Positions 30,432 to 39,404 of a stretch of DNA of 64,000 nucleotides are shown here, piece after piece. The notes under the pieces were generated by a model. That model was given only the letters and a program-made list of their open reading frames with translations. It was not told the DNA's origin and did not search any database. The translations under genes and the position numbers were made by a program. The stretch covers positions 32,001 through 96,000 of the forward strand of contig CAVWIP010000002.1 in the NCBI GenBank assembly GCA_963755125.1. Reading direction: 5' to 3'. This DNA comes from an uncultured delta proteobacterium. GTDB lineage: Bacteria; Myxococcota_A; Polyangia; Fen-1088. Positions within the stretch are counted from its first letter, which is position 1. The number at the start of each line of letters is the position of its first letter.

Positions 30432-32030
30432 ATGCCTAGACTGCCACGATGCACGCTCTTCGTATTGTTGTTCGCGGGGGGGTGCGCTCTCACGCCGGCA
30501 GGGGGCGAGAACGGTGGAAACAGTGGAAACCCGCCGCCGGCCGGAGGCAGCCAGGCAGGGGGCGCGACGGCTGCGAGCACCAGTACGCCCGCCGGGAACT
30601 CCGGCGGAGCGGGCGGCAACTCTGGTGGCAGCACTGTCGCCAGCGCCGGTGGTAGCTCGGGCGGCAGCACAGCCAGCTCCTCGGCCGCGCCGGCCTGCGT
30701 TCCGAATGTGACCAACCTGGTGACTGGCAAGACGCTGATTTGTGACTCGGACCCCAGCTTGAACCCCGATATCGAGATCGAGGGCTCGTTCTATCCCTAC
30801 GGCGACGGGTCGTCATGTGTCACGGCGAACCCGTTTTGCTCGCCGACGGCCGGTTGCTGCATCAGCGGTACTACGGTCGTCGACCCGACCTACGCGAAAT
30901 GGGGTTGCGGCATCGGCCTGGGACTGAACACATCGAGCGGAGCCGCATCGGTGAAGAGCGTCTACAGCGGTCCCGTGCAGTGCTTTGACATCACACTGAC
31001 TGGCAGCAGCGGAAACAACGAGGTGCGCATCGGCTTCACCCAAAGCGCGGCTACGACGAACCAGGTTGCGCCGTACACCTCGGTTGCCGCGTTCACCAAT
31101 GGATGGACCGGACGGGTGTGTTTCAACAGTTCCGAGTGTCCTGTCTGGGCGACAGCGGCCCAGTGCACAAAGGCGGTTGGCACCGAGGGCACGCCGTACG
31201 ACATGCAGATCCAGATTTCCGCGGGCAGCACAGCGGCGTCAGTCGGCGCCTTCAACGTGTGCGTGACCGATATCGCCCCAGTGATCAATCCTGGTACTAC
31301 CGGCACGACCAATAGCTGCAGCACGGTTTCCGGCCAGGGCACCCTCAGCGGTCAGTACGACGCAGCCCATGTGACGTGCAACGGCCAAGACTACATCGTT
31401 CAGAACAACGAGTGGGGCTCGACGGCCGGCCAGACGATCACCTACGGCCCGGGGACGAACTTCAAGGTGACCGTGCAGAATGGCACCGGCGTCGGCGGCG
31501 CACCGGCGTCGTATCCTTCGATCTTTATCGGTGCCAATGGAGGCCGCAGCACTGCGGGCAGCGGATTGCCCAAGGCGGTAAGCGCGCTCGGCACCGTGCA
31601 AACCTCCTGGACCTGGGCCGCGAACGGCGCGTCGGGGGCGTACAACGCTGCCTATGACGTGTGGTTCAGCACGAGTAGTGCAGGTGATCCGTCGTTATCG
31701 GCTCCGAGCGGCGGTTACCTGATGGTCTGGCTCTACAAGCCGACCGCAAATTCGCCGATCGGTTCGATGATCAAGTCGGCCACGATAGGCGGCCAGGACT
31801 GGAACGTCTGGTACGGTAACAATTCATCGAATGGCAAGCCGTGCGTCTCGTATGTGGCGCAACAGAACCTCAACTCGCTATCGTTCGATCTTAACCAGTT
31901 CATCCAGGATGCTGTCACGCGCGGCTATGTCCAGAGCTCGTGGAGCCTGACCAACGTCTTCTCCGGGTTCGAGATCTGGAGCGGCGGCGTCGGGCTGCAG
32001 ACCACCGACTTCGCAGTCACCGTCCAGTGA
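30432..32030 (+). CDS. GH12 endoglucanase/xyloglucanase-like lipoprotein with Cys-rich N-terminal domain
   Basis: Lipobox AGGC; YIVQNNEWG, PASYPSIF, YNAAYDVWF, LMVW, GFEIW. Confidence 0.85.
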   Translation: MPRLPRCTLFVLLFAGGCALTPAGGENGGNSGNPPPAGGSQAGGATAASTSTPAGNSGGAGGNSGGSTVASAGGSSGGSTASSSAAPACVPNVTNLVTGKTLICDSDPSLNPDIEIEGSFYPYGDGSSCVTANPFCSPTAGCCISGTTVVDPTYAKWGCGIGLGLNTSSGAASVKSVYSGPVQCFDITLTGSSGNNEVRIGFTQSAATTNQVAPYTSVAAFTNGWTGRVCFNSSECPVWATAAQCTKAVGTEGTPYDMQIQISAGSTAASVGAFNVCVTDIAPVINPGTTGTTNSCSTVSGQGTLSGQYDAAHVTCNGQDYIVQNNEWGSTAGQTITYGPGTNFKVTVQNGTGVGGAPASYPSIFIGANGGRSTAGSGLPKAVSALGTVQTSWTWAANGASGAYNAAYDVWFSTSSAGDPSLSAPSGGYLMVWLYKPTANSPIGSMIKSATIGGQDWNVWYGNNSSNGKPCVSYVAQQNLNSLSFDLNQFIQDAVTRGYVQSSWSLTNVFSGFEIWSGGVGLQTTDFAVTVQ

Positions 32031-32109
32031 CAAGGACTTCGACCGCATTCTGACCATCGGGCACTCACTCGCGGCCGTCAGCCTGTCTCTCACCGGAATT
32101 CTCCTGGCT

Positions 32110-34551
32110 GTGCGGGCGGCGTCGCCCAAGCGGGCCGATATCGAGAAGCGCGTGGAAGCGATTCTCAAGCAGATGACCCTGGAGGAGAAGATCGACATTA
32201 TCGGCGGGGTCAACGGCTTCTATGTGCGGGGCAACCCGCGGCTCAGTTTGCCCGAGCTCAAGATGGCCGACGGTCCGTTCGGGATTCGCAAGAGCGGCCC
32301 GTCGACCACCTACGCGGCCGGGATCGCGCTGGCCGCGTCGTGGGACGTGGCTCTGGCCCTTCGCGTGGGCGCGATGCTCGGGCGCGATGCCCGGGCGCGC
32401 GGGGTGCACTTTCTCCTCGCGCCTGCCGTGAACATCTACCGGGCGCCAATGTGCGGCCGCAACTTCGAGTACTTTGGTGAAGATCCGTGGCTCGCGTCGC
32501 GCATGGCGGTCGCCTACATCAAGGGCGTCCAGTCCCAGGGCGTGAGCGCGACCATCAAGCACTTTCTGGGCAACAACTCGGAGATCGATCGCCACCACGC
32601 CAGCTCTGAGATGGACGAGCGAACCATGCGCGAGATCTACCTGCCGACCTTCGAGGCGGCTGTGCGCGAAGCGCGGGTGGGCGCCATCATGGATTCGTAC
32701 AATCTGGTGAACGGCGTGCACATGACGGAGAACCGTCGCCTCAACAACCAGGTGGTCAAGCAGGAATGGGGCTTCGATGGCATCATCATGTCCGACTGGG
32801 ATGCCACCTATGACGGCGTGGCTGCTGCCAATGCGGGTCTGGATCTGGAGATGCCCTCGGGCAAGTTCATGAATCGGGCGACCCTGATCCCGGCCATCAA
32901 GCAGGGCAAGATCTCGGTCGCCACCATTGGCGACAAGGTCCGTCGCATCTTGCGCACCGCGATCCGCTTCGGCTGGCTGGATCGCGCGCAGACCGATCGA
33001 GCTTGGCCGCTGTTTTCCGCCGAGGGGCGCGCGCTCGCGCTCGAAAGCGCGCGTGCGAGCATGGTCCTGCTGAAGAACCAGGGCAATTGGCTACCGCTCG
33101 ACCGGACGAAGATCGAGTCTGTGGCGGTGATCGGGCCGAACGCGCATCCGGCGGTGCCGGTGGGCGGCGGCAGCGCGCAGGCGAGCCCGTTCGTGGCCGT
33201 GAGCTATCTGCAGGGCCTGGTCGACACTCTCGCGGGCAGTGCGACTGTGACCTGGAGTCGAGGGCTTGTGCCGTTGCACGAGATCTTCGAGACCACCGTG
33301 TTCGCCACCGCAGCGACGGGCGGGCAACCAGGCCTGAAGGCCGAGTACTTCGACAACCCCGATCTGGCTGGCAGCGCCAGCCTGACCCGCGTCGACGAGC
33401 ATGTCAGCTTCTCCTGGGATCGCCCCAACGGCTGGCCCACGGGGCAGGGCAGGGCGGGCTCGGCGTGCTGGACCGGGTATTTCATCCCGGCCAGCTCCGA
33501 CGCGTATCGCTTCGCCGTCAACAGCTACGGGCTCAACGAGTATCGCTTGTTCGTCGACGGCAAACCGGTGCTGGATCGCACGGCACAGCAGCAGCCGATC
33601 GGGATCGCCACGCTGAAGCTGCAGGCCGGCCATGCCTACGCGATTCGCCTCGAATACCTGCACCGCGACCACCATGCGTGGCTGGGCATGGGCGCGCGCA
33701 AGGTGTCCGAGCTTATCGAGCCCGCGGCGAAGACATTGGCCGCGGCCGCCGACGTCGCGGTGGTGCTGGCGGGCTTCGACCCCAGCAACGAGAGCGAAGG
33801 GTCCGATCGCACCTTCCAGCTTCCCGCCGGTCAGGACGAACTCATCGACACGGTTCGCGAATCCAACAAGAACACCATCGTCGTCGTCACCTCGGGCGGT
33901 GGCGTGGACATGATTCGATGGGTGGACGGCATCCGCGCCATCGTGCAGGCCTGGTATCCTGGACAGGAAGGCGGGACCGCGCTGGCGCAGCTCCTGTTCG
34001 GCGACTTCAGCCCGTCGGGGAAGCTGCCTGCGACCTTTGAGCGACGCTTCGAAGACAGCGCCGTGTATCGCAGCTACGCCCCGCAAGCTGACAAGAAGAT
34101 CCCGTACAGCGAGGGCGTCTTTCTCGGCTACCGCCACTTCGACCGGGTCAAGACCAAGCCGCTCTTTCCCTTCGGCCATGGTCTGTCGTACACGACCTTC
34201 AAGTACAGTGGCCTGACGGTCACGCCGGCTGTGATGCCTGACAACGGCGCGGCGAGCGTCGCGTTCGATCTGACCAACACCGGCAAGCGCGAAGGCGCCG
34301 AAGTCGCGCAGCTCTACCTCGGGGACGGCCACGCCCCGGTGCCCCGCCCGGTGAAGGAGCTGAAGGGATTCGCCAAGGTCAGTCTCAAACCAGGGGAGAG
34401 CAAGCGCGTGCAGATCGCGATCGATCGTCGCGCGCTGTCGTACTTCGACGAGACGGCCAAGCAATGGAAGGCCGAGCCGGGCGACTTCGAGGTCCTGGTC
34501 GGCTCGTCCGCGCAGCAGATCGAGCTGCGGGGCAAGCTGTCGCTGAAGTGA
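32110..34551 (+). CDS. GH3 beta-glucosidase with PA14 and Fn3-like domains
   Basis: ADGPFG, GRNFEYFGEDP, KHF, MSDW, WYPGQEGG, FPFGHGLSYTTF, EVAQLY; true start probably upstream. Confidence 0.93.
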   Translation: MRAASPKRADIEKRVEAILKQMTLEEKIDIIGGVNGFYVRGNPRLSLPELKMADGPFGIRKSGPSTTYAAGIALAASWDVALALRVGAMLGRDARARGVHFLLAPAVNIYRAPMCGRNFEYFGEDPWLASRMAVAYIKGVQSQGVSATIKHFLGNNSEIDRHHASSEMDERTMREIYLPTFEAAVREARVGAIMDSYNLVNGVHMTENRRLNNQVVKQEWGFDGIIMSDWDATYDGVAAANAGLDLEMPSGKFMNRATLIPAIKQGKISVATIGDKVRRILRTAIRFGWLDRAQTDRAWPLFSAEGRALALESARASMVLLKNQGNWLPLDRTKIESVAVIGPNAHPAVPVGGGSAQASPFVAVSYLQGLVDTLAGSATVTWSRGLVPLHEIFETTVFATAATGGQPGLKAEYFDNPDLAGSASLTRVDEHVSFSWDRPNGWPTGQGRAGSACWTGYFIPASSDAYRFAVNSYGLNEYRLFVDGKPVLDRTAQQQPIGIATLKLQAGHAYAIRLEYLHRDHHAWLGMGARKVSELIEPAAKTLAAAADVAVVLAGFDPSNESEGSDRTFQLPAGQDELIDTVRESNKNTIVVVTSGGGVDMIRWVDGIRAIVQAWYPGQEGGTALAQLLFGDFSPSGKLPATFERRFEDSAVYRSYAPQADKKIPYSEGVFLGYRHFDRVKTKPLFPFGHGLSYTTFKYSGLTVTPAVMPDNGAASVAFDLTNTGKREGAEVAQLYLGDGHAPVPRPVKELKGFAKVSLKPGESKRVQIAIDRRALSYFDETAKQWKAEPGDFEVLVGSSAQQIELRGKLSLK

Positions 34552-34719
34552 CAGCCGCACGCGCTTGCCGGCCGGTCGGACTCTGCCGTCGGTACAAGCG
34601 CGGGCTTCCGGTGCGCCAGGCCGCAGCCGGGCCTGACGTCCCGATCGCCGCGTTCCTTTTGTGGGAGCCGACTGACTTTCTGCTATCATTCTTCCCCTTC
34701 CGCCGCTTGCGGCGGGAGA

Positions 34720-34792
34720 CGGGGCGTAGCGCAGTTGGTAGCGCGCCTGCTTTGGGTGCAGGATGTCGTCGGTTCAAATCCGGCCGCCCCGA
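34720..34792 (+). tRNA. tRNA-Pro (TGG), CCA not encoded
   Basis: Acceptor CGGGGCG/CGCCCCG, D arm GCGC/GCGC, anticodon stem CCTGC-TTTGGGT-GCAGG, T loop TTCAAAT. Confidence 0.96.
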
Positions 34793-34793
34793 C
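34751..34793 (+). repeat. att core, left copy (3' part of tRNA-Pro)
   Basis: 43-bp exact direct repeat with 46232-46274. Confidence 0.95.
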
Positions 34794-35586
34794 AGAGATA
34801 ACTTTACGATTTAATGAGGTTTTCCGAACGCGCTGGGGAGCCGGCGAACAGCCCTTCGGCGACTTGGGTAGCACAGGGGTAGCAAGAGGGAGGGCAGGGG
34901 AAGGTGTATCAACCCTGGCCGACCCGACGGAGCGCTTCTCTGAGGGTACATTTCCAGGTGCGGGTTTTGGACGGAAAGAGAGGTGGTCGATCTCTTGTTG
35001 CAGGTACTCGGGCGCCAGGTGGGCGTATACATCCATGGTCACCCGGATGTCACTGTGTCGCAGGATGCGCTGGACAACCGCCGGACTGACCCCCGACATG
35101 ATGAGCAGTGAAGCTGTGGTGTGCCGGAGGTCATGGAACCGGAAAGGTGCCACCTTGCCAACGGTCCACAGCTTCATGTTGCACGTCGGACACCGCCGGG
35201 CTTCCCCCTCCCGGCTCTCCTCGGCGTGACCGCAACGCCGACACTTGTGGACGTAGCCCTCCACAATTCCCGCCCGGCGTAGTGCCGTTCGGAGGATCGA
35301 AACCAGATCCACCGTCGCCAGATGGCGAGAGCCGTCGGGTCGGGGAAAGACGAGTTCGCTCGGCGAGGCTTCGATGGCAGCCCGAAGGTACGGAACCAGT
35401 TCGGCCGCGATGGGGATGCCATCCTCGTGGCCGCCCTTGGTCGTGTCTGGAGACGACGGCGAGGAAGCGCGGCGTTTCACCCGCGCTCGGCGCGGTTGCG
35501 GCGGGATGAGGACAGACCCCGGCGCAGCCACGGGTGGTGGCCGGCCGGGGTCGGCGTCGGCGTGGGGAATGAGTTGAGCTACAGGT

Positions 35587-36369
35587 TCACTCGACCTCCT
35601 GGTTTGAGCGCCCGGACTTGCCGACGATCTTGATGAGCAAGCCGCGGTGGACAAGGCGGTCGGCGATAGCGGACGCAGCGGCGGCATTGCTGAAGAGCTT
35701 GCCCCAGTCCTTGAAGGGCAGATTGGTAGTGACGATGGTTGCGGCCCTTTGATACCTACGGTTGAAGACCTGGTACAAGAGGTCGGCGCCGCGGGTGTCG
35801 AAGCTGAGATAGCCGAGCTCATCTACGAGGAGCAGCTCGTAGGAGGCCCAGGTGGCGAGGCGACGGTGCAGACGGTTGCGGGCCTGGGCCGCGACGAGGT
35901 CGTTGACGAGGTCGGCGGCGGTAACGAAGCGGACGCGGTGACCGCGCAGGCAAGCGAGCTGGCCGATGGCGTTGGCGAGATGGGTCTTGCCGACGCCGGA
36001 GGGCCCAATAAACACTGCGTTGGTCCGATCCTTGATGAATTCGAGCGTGGCCGCACGCTCGACGACGTCCTTGTCGATGGACTTGGGGAAGTTGAAATCG
36101 TAGGTGTCGAGGGTGGTGACCGGGAAGATGGCGGAGCGTTTGATGGCGAGCTGGGCGCGCCTCTCGGTCTGGACGCGAAACTCCTCGCGCATCAGGTGGT
36201 CGAGGAGCGCGGTGGGTGAGTCGTTGCGAGTGATGGCCTTGCCGGTGGCCGCGTCCAGGATGGCAGCGGCGTGATCGAGGCCGAGGGCATGCAGCACATC
36301 GGCAAGCGCCATGGTCTTGGCGCTGTCAGTCGCGGGAGTCGTCGTTGTCGTCGTTGTTGATGAGGGCAT
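35587..36369 (-). CDS. istB: IS21 helper ATPase
   Basis: YDFNF, GPSGVGKTHLA, LLVDELGY, TTNLPFKDW, IADRLVH. Confidence 0.95.
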   Translation of the reverse strand: MPSSTTTTTTTPATDSAKTMALADVLHALGLDHAAAILDAATGKAITRNDSPTALLDHLMREEFRVQTERRAQLAIKRSAIFPVTTLDTYDFNFPKSIDKDVVERAATLEFIKDRTNAVFIGPSGVGKTHLANAIGQLACLRGHRVRFVTAADLVNDLVAAQARNRLHRRLATWASYELLLVDELGYLSFDTRGADLLYQVFNRRYQRAATIVTTNLPFKDWGKLFSNAAAASAIADRLVHRGLLIKIVGKSGRSNQEVE

Positions 36370-37822
36370 CGTAGGTCTCCATGTCGTGGGGTTGGACGTC
36401 GATGTCGTCGGCGGCGGCGTTGCCGGTGACGACGGGTTCGGGCGGCTCACCCAGGCCGCGTGCGAAGCGGGCCTGGTCACACAGGGCGCGTACGTAGCGG
36501 GCGCCGAAGCTACGCTGGCCGACGGCTTTGGCGATGGCGCCGGCGACCTCGGTCTGGCCGTACAGATCGATGAGGCGGAGGATCTTGGCGGTTTCGTTGC
36601 CGAGGTGGATGCGACGGCGCGCCACCTCGTTGAAATAGACGCGGGCCTCGGGGCAGCTGGTCAACAGGCGCTCGCGGCGCGTGGGGCCGCGTGCGGCCTT
36701 GCGCCGGTCGAGCAGCTTCTGGACGTGGGCCTGGTCCTCGACGTGGTGGCGTTTGTCCCAGCAGCGCGAGTGCGCGGCCACCTCGACGCCATCGCACATC
36801 ACGCGTACGCGGTGATCGTCGGCGCGCACCTGCACGGTCTTGCCCACCAGCTCGGGCGGGACCGAGTAGGTGTTGGTGTCGAAGCGGACGCGGGCCTCCT
36901 TGGAGACGATCAAGGGGATCACGATGTCGGTGTCGAAGGGATGGGCTGGCAGAGCACGCAGGCGGGGCCGCTCGACGAGCAGGCGCTGGGACGGGCGCTC
37001 GCGCGTGGTGGCGTGGATGCGCTCGTTGGCGAGCTGGTCGCGCCAGGTGGCAGCCTGTGCGCGCAGGTCGTGCAGGGAGGTGAATGACCGCCCGTAGAAG
37101 AAGGAGTGGCGGATGAACTTGATGCTGGCCTCGACGCGGCCCTTGAACTGCGGGTAGCGCACCGGGGCGGCGGTGGCCTCGAAGAGGTAGTGGCCGGCGA
37201 ACGCGAGGAACCGCGGATTGAACTGCACGGTGGCGCCCACGTGGGCAAGGACGACCGACTTGAGATTGTCGTAGACGATGCGCCTGGGGACGCCGGCGAA
37301 AAACTCGAGCGCACGGCGATGCATGCGCAGGAAGGTCTCCATCTGCTGGTCGAGGGAAAAGTCGATGAAGATGGCGCGCGAGTAAGACAGCACCATCGCA
37401 AACACGGAGAGCGGCCGCTGGGCCGAGCCCATGCGCATGTAGCCGAAACTGCCCCAGTCGACCTGGGCCTGTTCGGCGGGCTCGAATTCGACGCGCAGAA
37501 ACGCCTTGCGCGGCACGGGCGTGCGCACCTGCGCGACGTACTTGCGCAACTGGGTCATGCCGAGGGTGAAACCCCGGTCGCGCAGCTCCAGCATCAGCCG
37601 CGCGGACGTCAACTGTGGCCATTCGGTCAGGCGCTGGACGATGTACGGCTTGAACGGGTCGAGCTTGCTCGTACGCGGCGGCGGCGGTGTGACGGCGTCG
37701 TCGCGGATCGCCCGCCGAACCACGGAGTGGTGGACGCCGAAACGGCGGGCCACGGTTTCGATGCGCCAGTGCTCGGCCAGCACCAGCCTGCGCATGTGCG
37801 CGCGCATGTCCGCGGTGATCAC
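36326..37822 (-). CDS. istA: IS21 DDE transposase
   Basis: SKLDPFKPYI, QAQVDWG, LSYSR, YDNLKS, KGRVE, NTYSVP; GTG start overlaps the upstream stop (GTGA). Confidence 0.95.
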   Translation of the reverse strand: MITADMRAHMRRLVLAEHWRIETVARRFGVHHSVVRRAIRDDAVTPPPPRTSKLDPFKPYIVQRLTEWPQLTSARLMLELRDRGFTLGMTQLRKYVAQVRTPVPRKAFLRVEFEPAEQAQVDWGSFGYMRMGSAQRPLSVFAMVLSYSRAIFIDFSLDQQMETFLRMHRRALEFFAGVPRRIVYDNLKSVVLAHVGATVQFNPRFLAFAGHYLFEATAAPVRYPQFKGRVEASIKFIRHSFFYGRSFTSLHDLRAQAATWRDQLANERIHATTRERPSQRLLVERPRLRALPAHPFDTDIVIPLIVSKEARVRFDTNTYSVPPELVGKTVQVRADDHRVRVMCDGVEVAAHSRCWDKRHHVEDQAHVQKLLDRRKAARGPTRRERLLTSCPEARVYFNEVARRRIHLGNETAKILRLIDLYGQTEVAGAIAKAVGQRSFGARYVRALCDQARFARGLGEPPEPVVTGNAAADDIDVQPHDMETYDALINNDDNDDSRD

Positions 37823-38202
37823 GATGACGACCCCGTGGCAACAGAGGTGACCAGGCGACGTGCGCGGGCGAAGCCACCCAGCCCGTCCATGAAGCGGTCG
37901 CGCCGGAACACGGCGCGCGCCAGGTGGACCCAATCGACTCGGATGGCCTCGGCGTCGAGGTCACCAAGCAAAAGCGCCCAACGCTCCGGGTGGGCAGCGA
38001 CGTCCTGGGCGTCCGCATCGAGCACAGCGGTCAAGGGTCGGCCATACCAGGCCACCAACGCCTGAAGGAGCTGGGCCAGCGCCCGGCTGTGCTGCGGACA
38101 GACGGGCAGTCGCGCGCGCAGGCACAGGCCCGCGGCGCCCGCCGAGAGCTGCAAGCGTGTCTCGGTTTGCCTCGGCTCGATGGTCATCCAGAGTAAGGAC
38201 AT
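37819..38202 (-). CDS. IS21-associated hypothetical protein
   Basis: GGAGG RBS; stop overlaps the istA start; lies inside the TIRs. Confidence 0.7.
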   Translation of the reverse strand: MSLLWMTIEPRQTETRLQLSAGAAGLCLRARLPVCPQHSRALAQLLQALVAWYGRPLTAVLDADAQDVAAHPERWALLLGDLDAEAIRVDWVHLARAVFRRDRFMDGLGGFARARRLVTSVATGSSS

Positions 38203-38536
38203 GAACGCGTACCTCCAGGCGGGCCGTGGTCGCGGCGGGCGCCGTGCCCGCCGTCCCGGCCTGCACCATCGGGATTACAGGCGGCGCCTCCGGCGCCAAA
38301 TACTGATGCGTCACTTTCTGCACGGCCGCTCGGCGCGCGCGGTACTCCTGCTGACGGAAGGCGTGCTTGCGACGCCCGATCCGCGTCGCCTGGTACTTGT
38401 GCCCGTCGACCCGCTGCTTCTGGCGTCGGCCCTTGGCCGCACACTCGGGCGAGCAGTACTTGCACCGCTTGTCGCAGCTGCGGCACACCAGAAACGCCAG
38501 CCCACATAACTTACAAGTGCGATCCAGCAAGTCCAC
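37961..38536 (-). CDS. IS21-associated Cys-rich (Zn-ribbon) basic protein
   Basis: CKLC...CRSCD...YCSPEC, RKHAFRQQEYR, KVTHQ; 3' half overlaps the next ORF and may be non-functional. Confidence 0.65.
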   Translation of the reverse strand: MDLLDRTCKLCGLAFLVCRSCDKRCKYCSPECAAKGRRQKQRVDGHKYQATRIGRRKHAFRQQEYRARRAAVQKVTHQYLAPEAPPVIPMVQAGTAGTAPAATTARLEVRVHVLTLDDHRAEANRDTLAALGGRRGPVPARATARLSAAQPGAGPAPSGVGGLVWPTLDRCARCGRPGRRCPPGALGAFAW

Positions 38537-38915
38537 GCGGCGGTGCTCGCCGTGGTGGATCTCCCGCCCGGATCGTGCGATTGAGGGAACTGCGTGGCTC
38601 GACCCCCACGCGGTCGATCCACCTGAAGGCCCGGAGCGCCAACTCTGGGCCTTCGCTTATACGGCGCTCGGCCGTACCTCCTACGCCAACCTGGGCGTAC
38701 GCGCCACCGCGCTGGCCGTCGGCGGCGCGCCTCGGGCCGGCTGGCCTCTCACGGGGCGGCTCTCGGCAGGGTCAGCCTGACCCCGGCCGGTGCTCATCGG
38801 CGCCTTGCCGGTCTACCTGCTCACGATGGCTCAGCACCAGAGAGTCCGAATCGAATCCCGCGCATCCCCGCGCTCGCCACCGTCGCGAACCCGCGCTTCG
38901 TGGCCGTCGTCTCCA

Positions 38916-39394
38916 CGGATGGCAAGCTGCTGGCATCGGGCAGCGGGGACAAGACCGTCAAGCTTTGGTCTCTGCCCGAGGGAGCCAGCATGAGTTGCCT
39001 TTTCGATCCCGAGGACAGCGACAAGGGGGCCAAGGCGGTCACCTATCGCACGACGGGGCTGGAGACCCTCACGCTGCCATGTGGCTCGCCCATCCCGCCT
39101 GGCATGATCTGCACCTGCAACTGCGTGGCCGGGTCCGTTACCTATCCGGGTACACATACCGTCTGCATTTGCGACACGATCACGGTTCCCGTTGGCCAGC
39201 CGCTTCCTGCCGGCGCGGTCTGCGTGTGCAACACCGTAACAGTCCGTGAGCCGACCCGTGGAGGAGAGTGTCAGATGACCGGTAGCCTCTGCACGTGCAA
39301 CCAGATCTGCACCTGCGACTCCGTGTGTCCTTGCCAGTCCATCTGCACCTGCCAGTCCGTGGGCGGGGGCGGCCACTACTGGTACCCCAACTGA
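38916..39394 (+). pseudogene. C-terminal remnant of a WD40 protein with Cys-rich CxC-repeat tail ending HYWYPN (candidate rSAM substrate)
   Basis: DGKLLASGSGDKTVKLWSL starts exactly at the IS21 end; 18 Cys follow; internal ATG 38990 with GAGGGAG upstream. Confidence 0.8.
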
Positions 39395-39404
39395 TTTGCT
39401 TGCA

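Larger units (their letters stand above)
34686..35447 (-). pseudogene. int: Tyrosine integrase, C-terminal part (Mx8-like, Zn-ribbon insert), 5' truncated at the IS21 end
   Basis: DTTKGGH, CRRC...CPTC, FHDLRHT, ILRHSD, VYAHL; frame runs through att and antisense to the tRNA. Confidence 0.9.
35448..38915 (-). mobile_element. IS21-family element (3468 bp) with two accessory ORFs
   Basis: 25-bp TIRs TGGAGACGACGGC(G/C)A(G/C)GAAGCGCGG (23/25); istA and istB; no target duplication. Confidence 0.9.

Noticed and set aside
35448..35822. N-terminal part of the 378-aa ORF 34686..35822 as integrase sequence
   Set aside because: It is IS21 end and istB sequence read in another frame
38900..38915. GTG start of the WD40/Cys-rich ORF
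   Set aside because: Falls inside the IS21 terminal repeat, so it is not the native start
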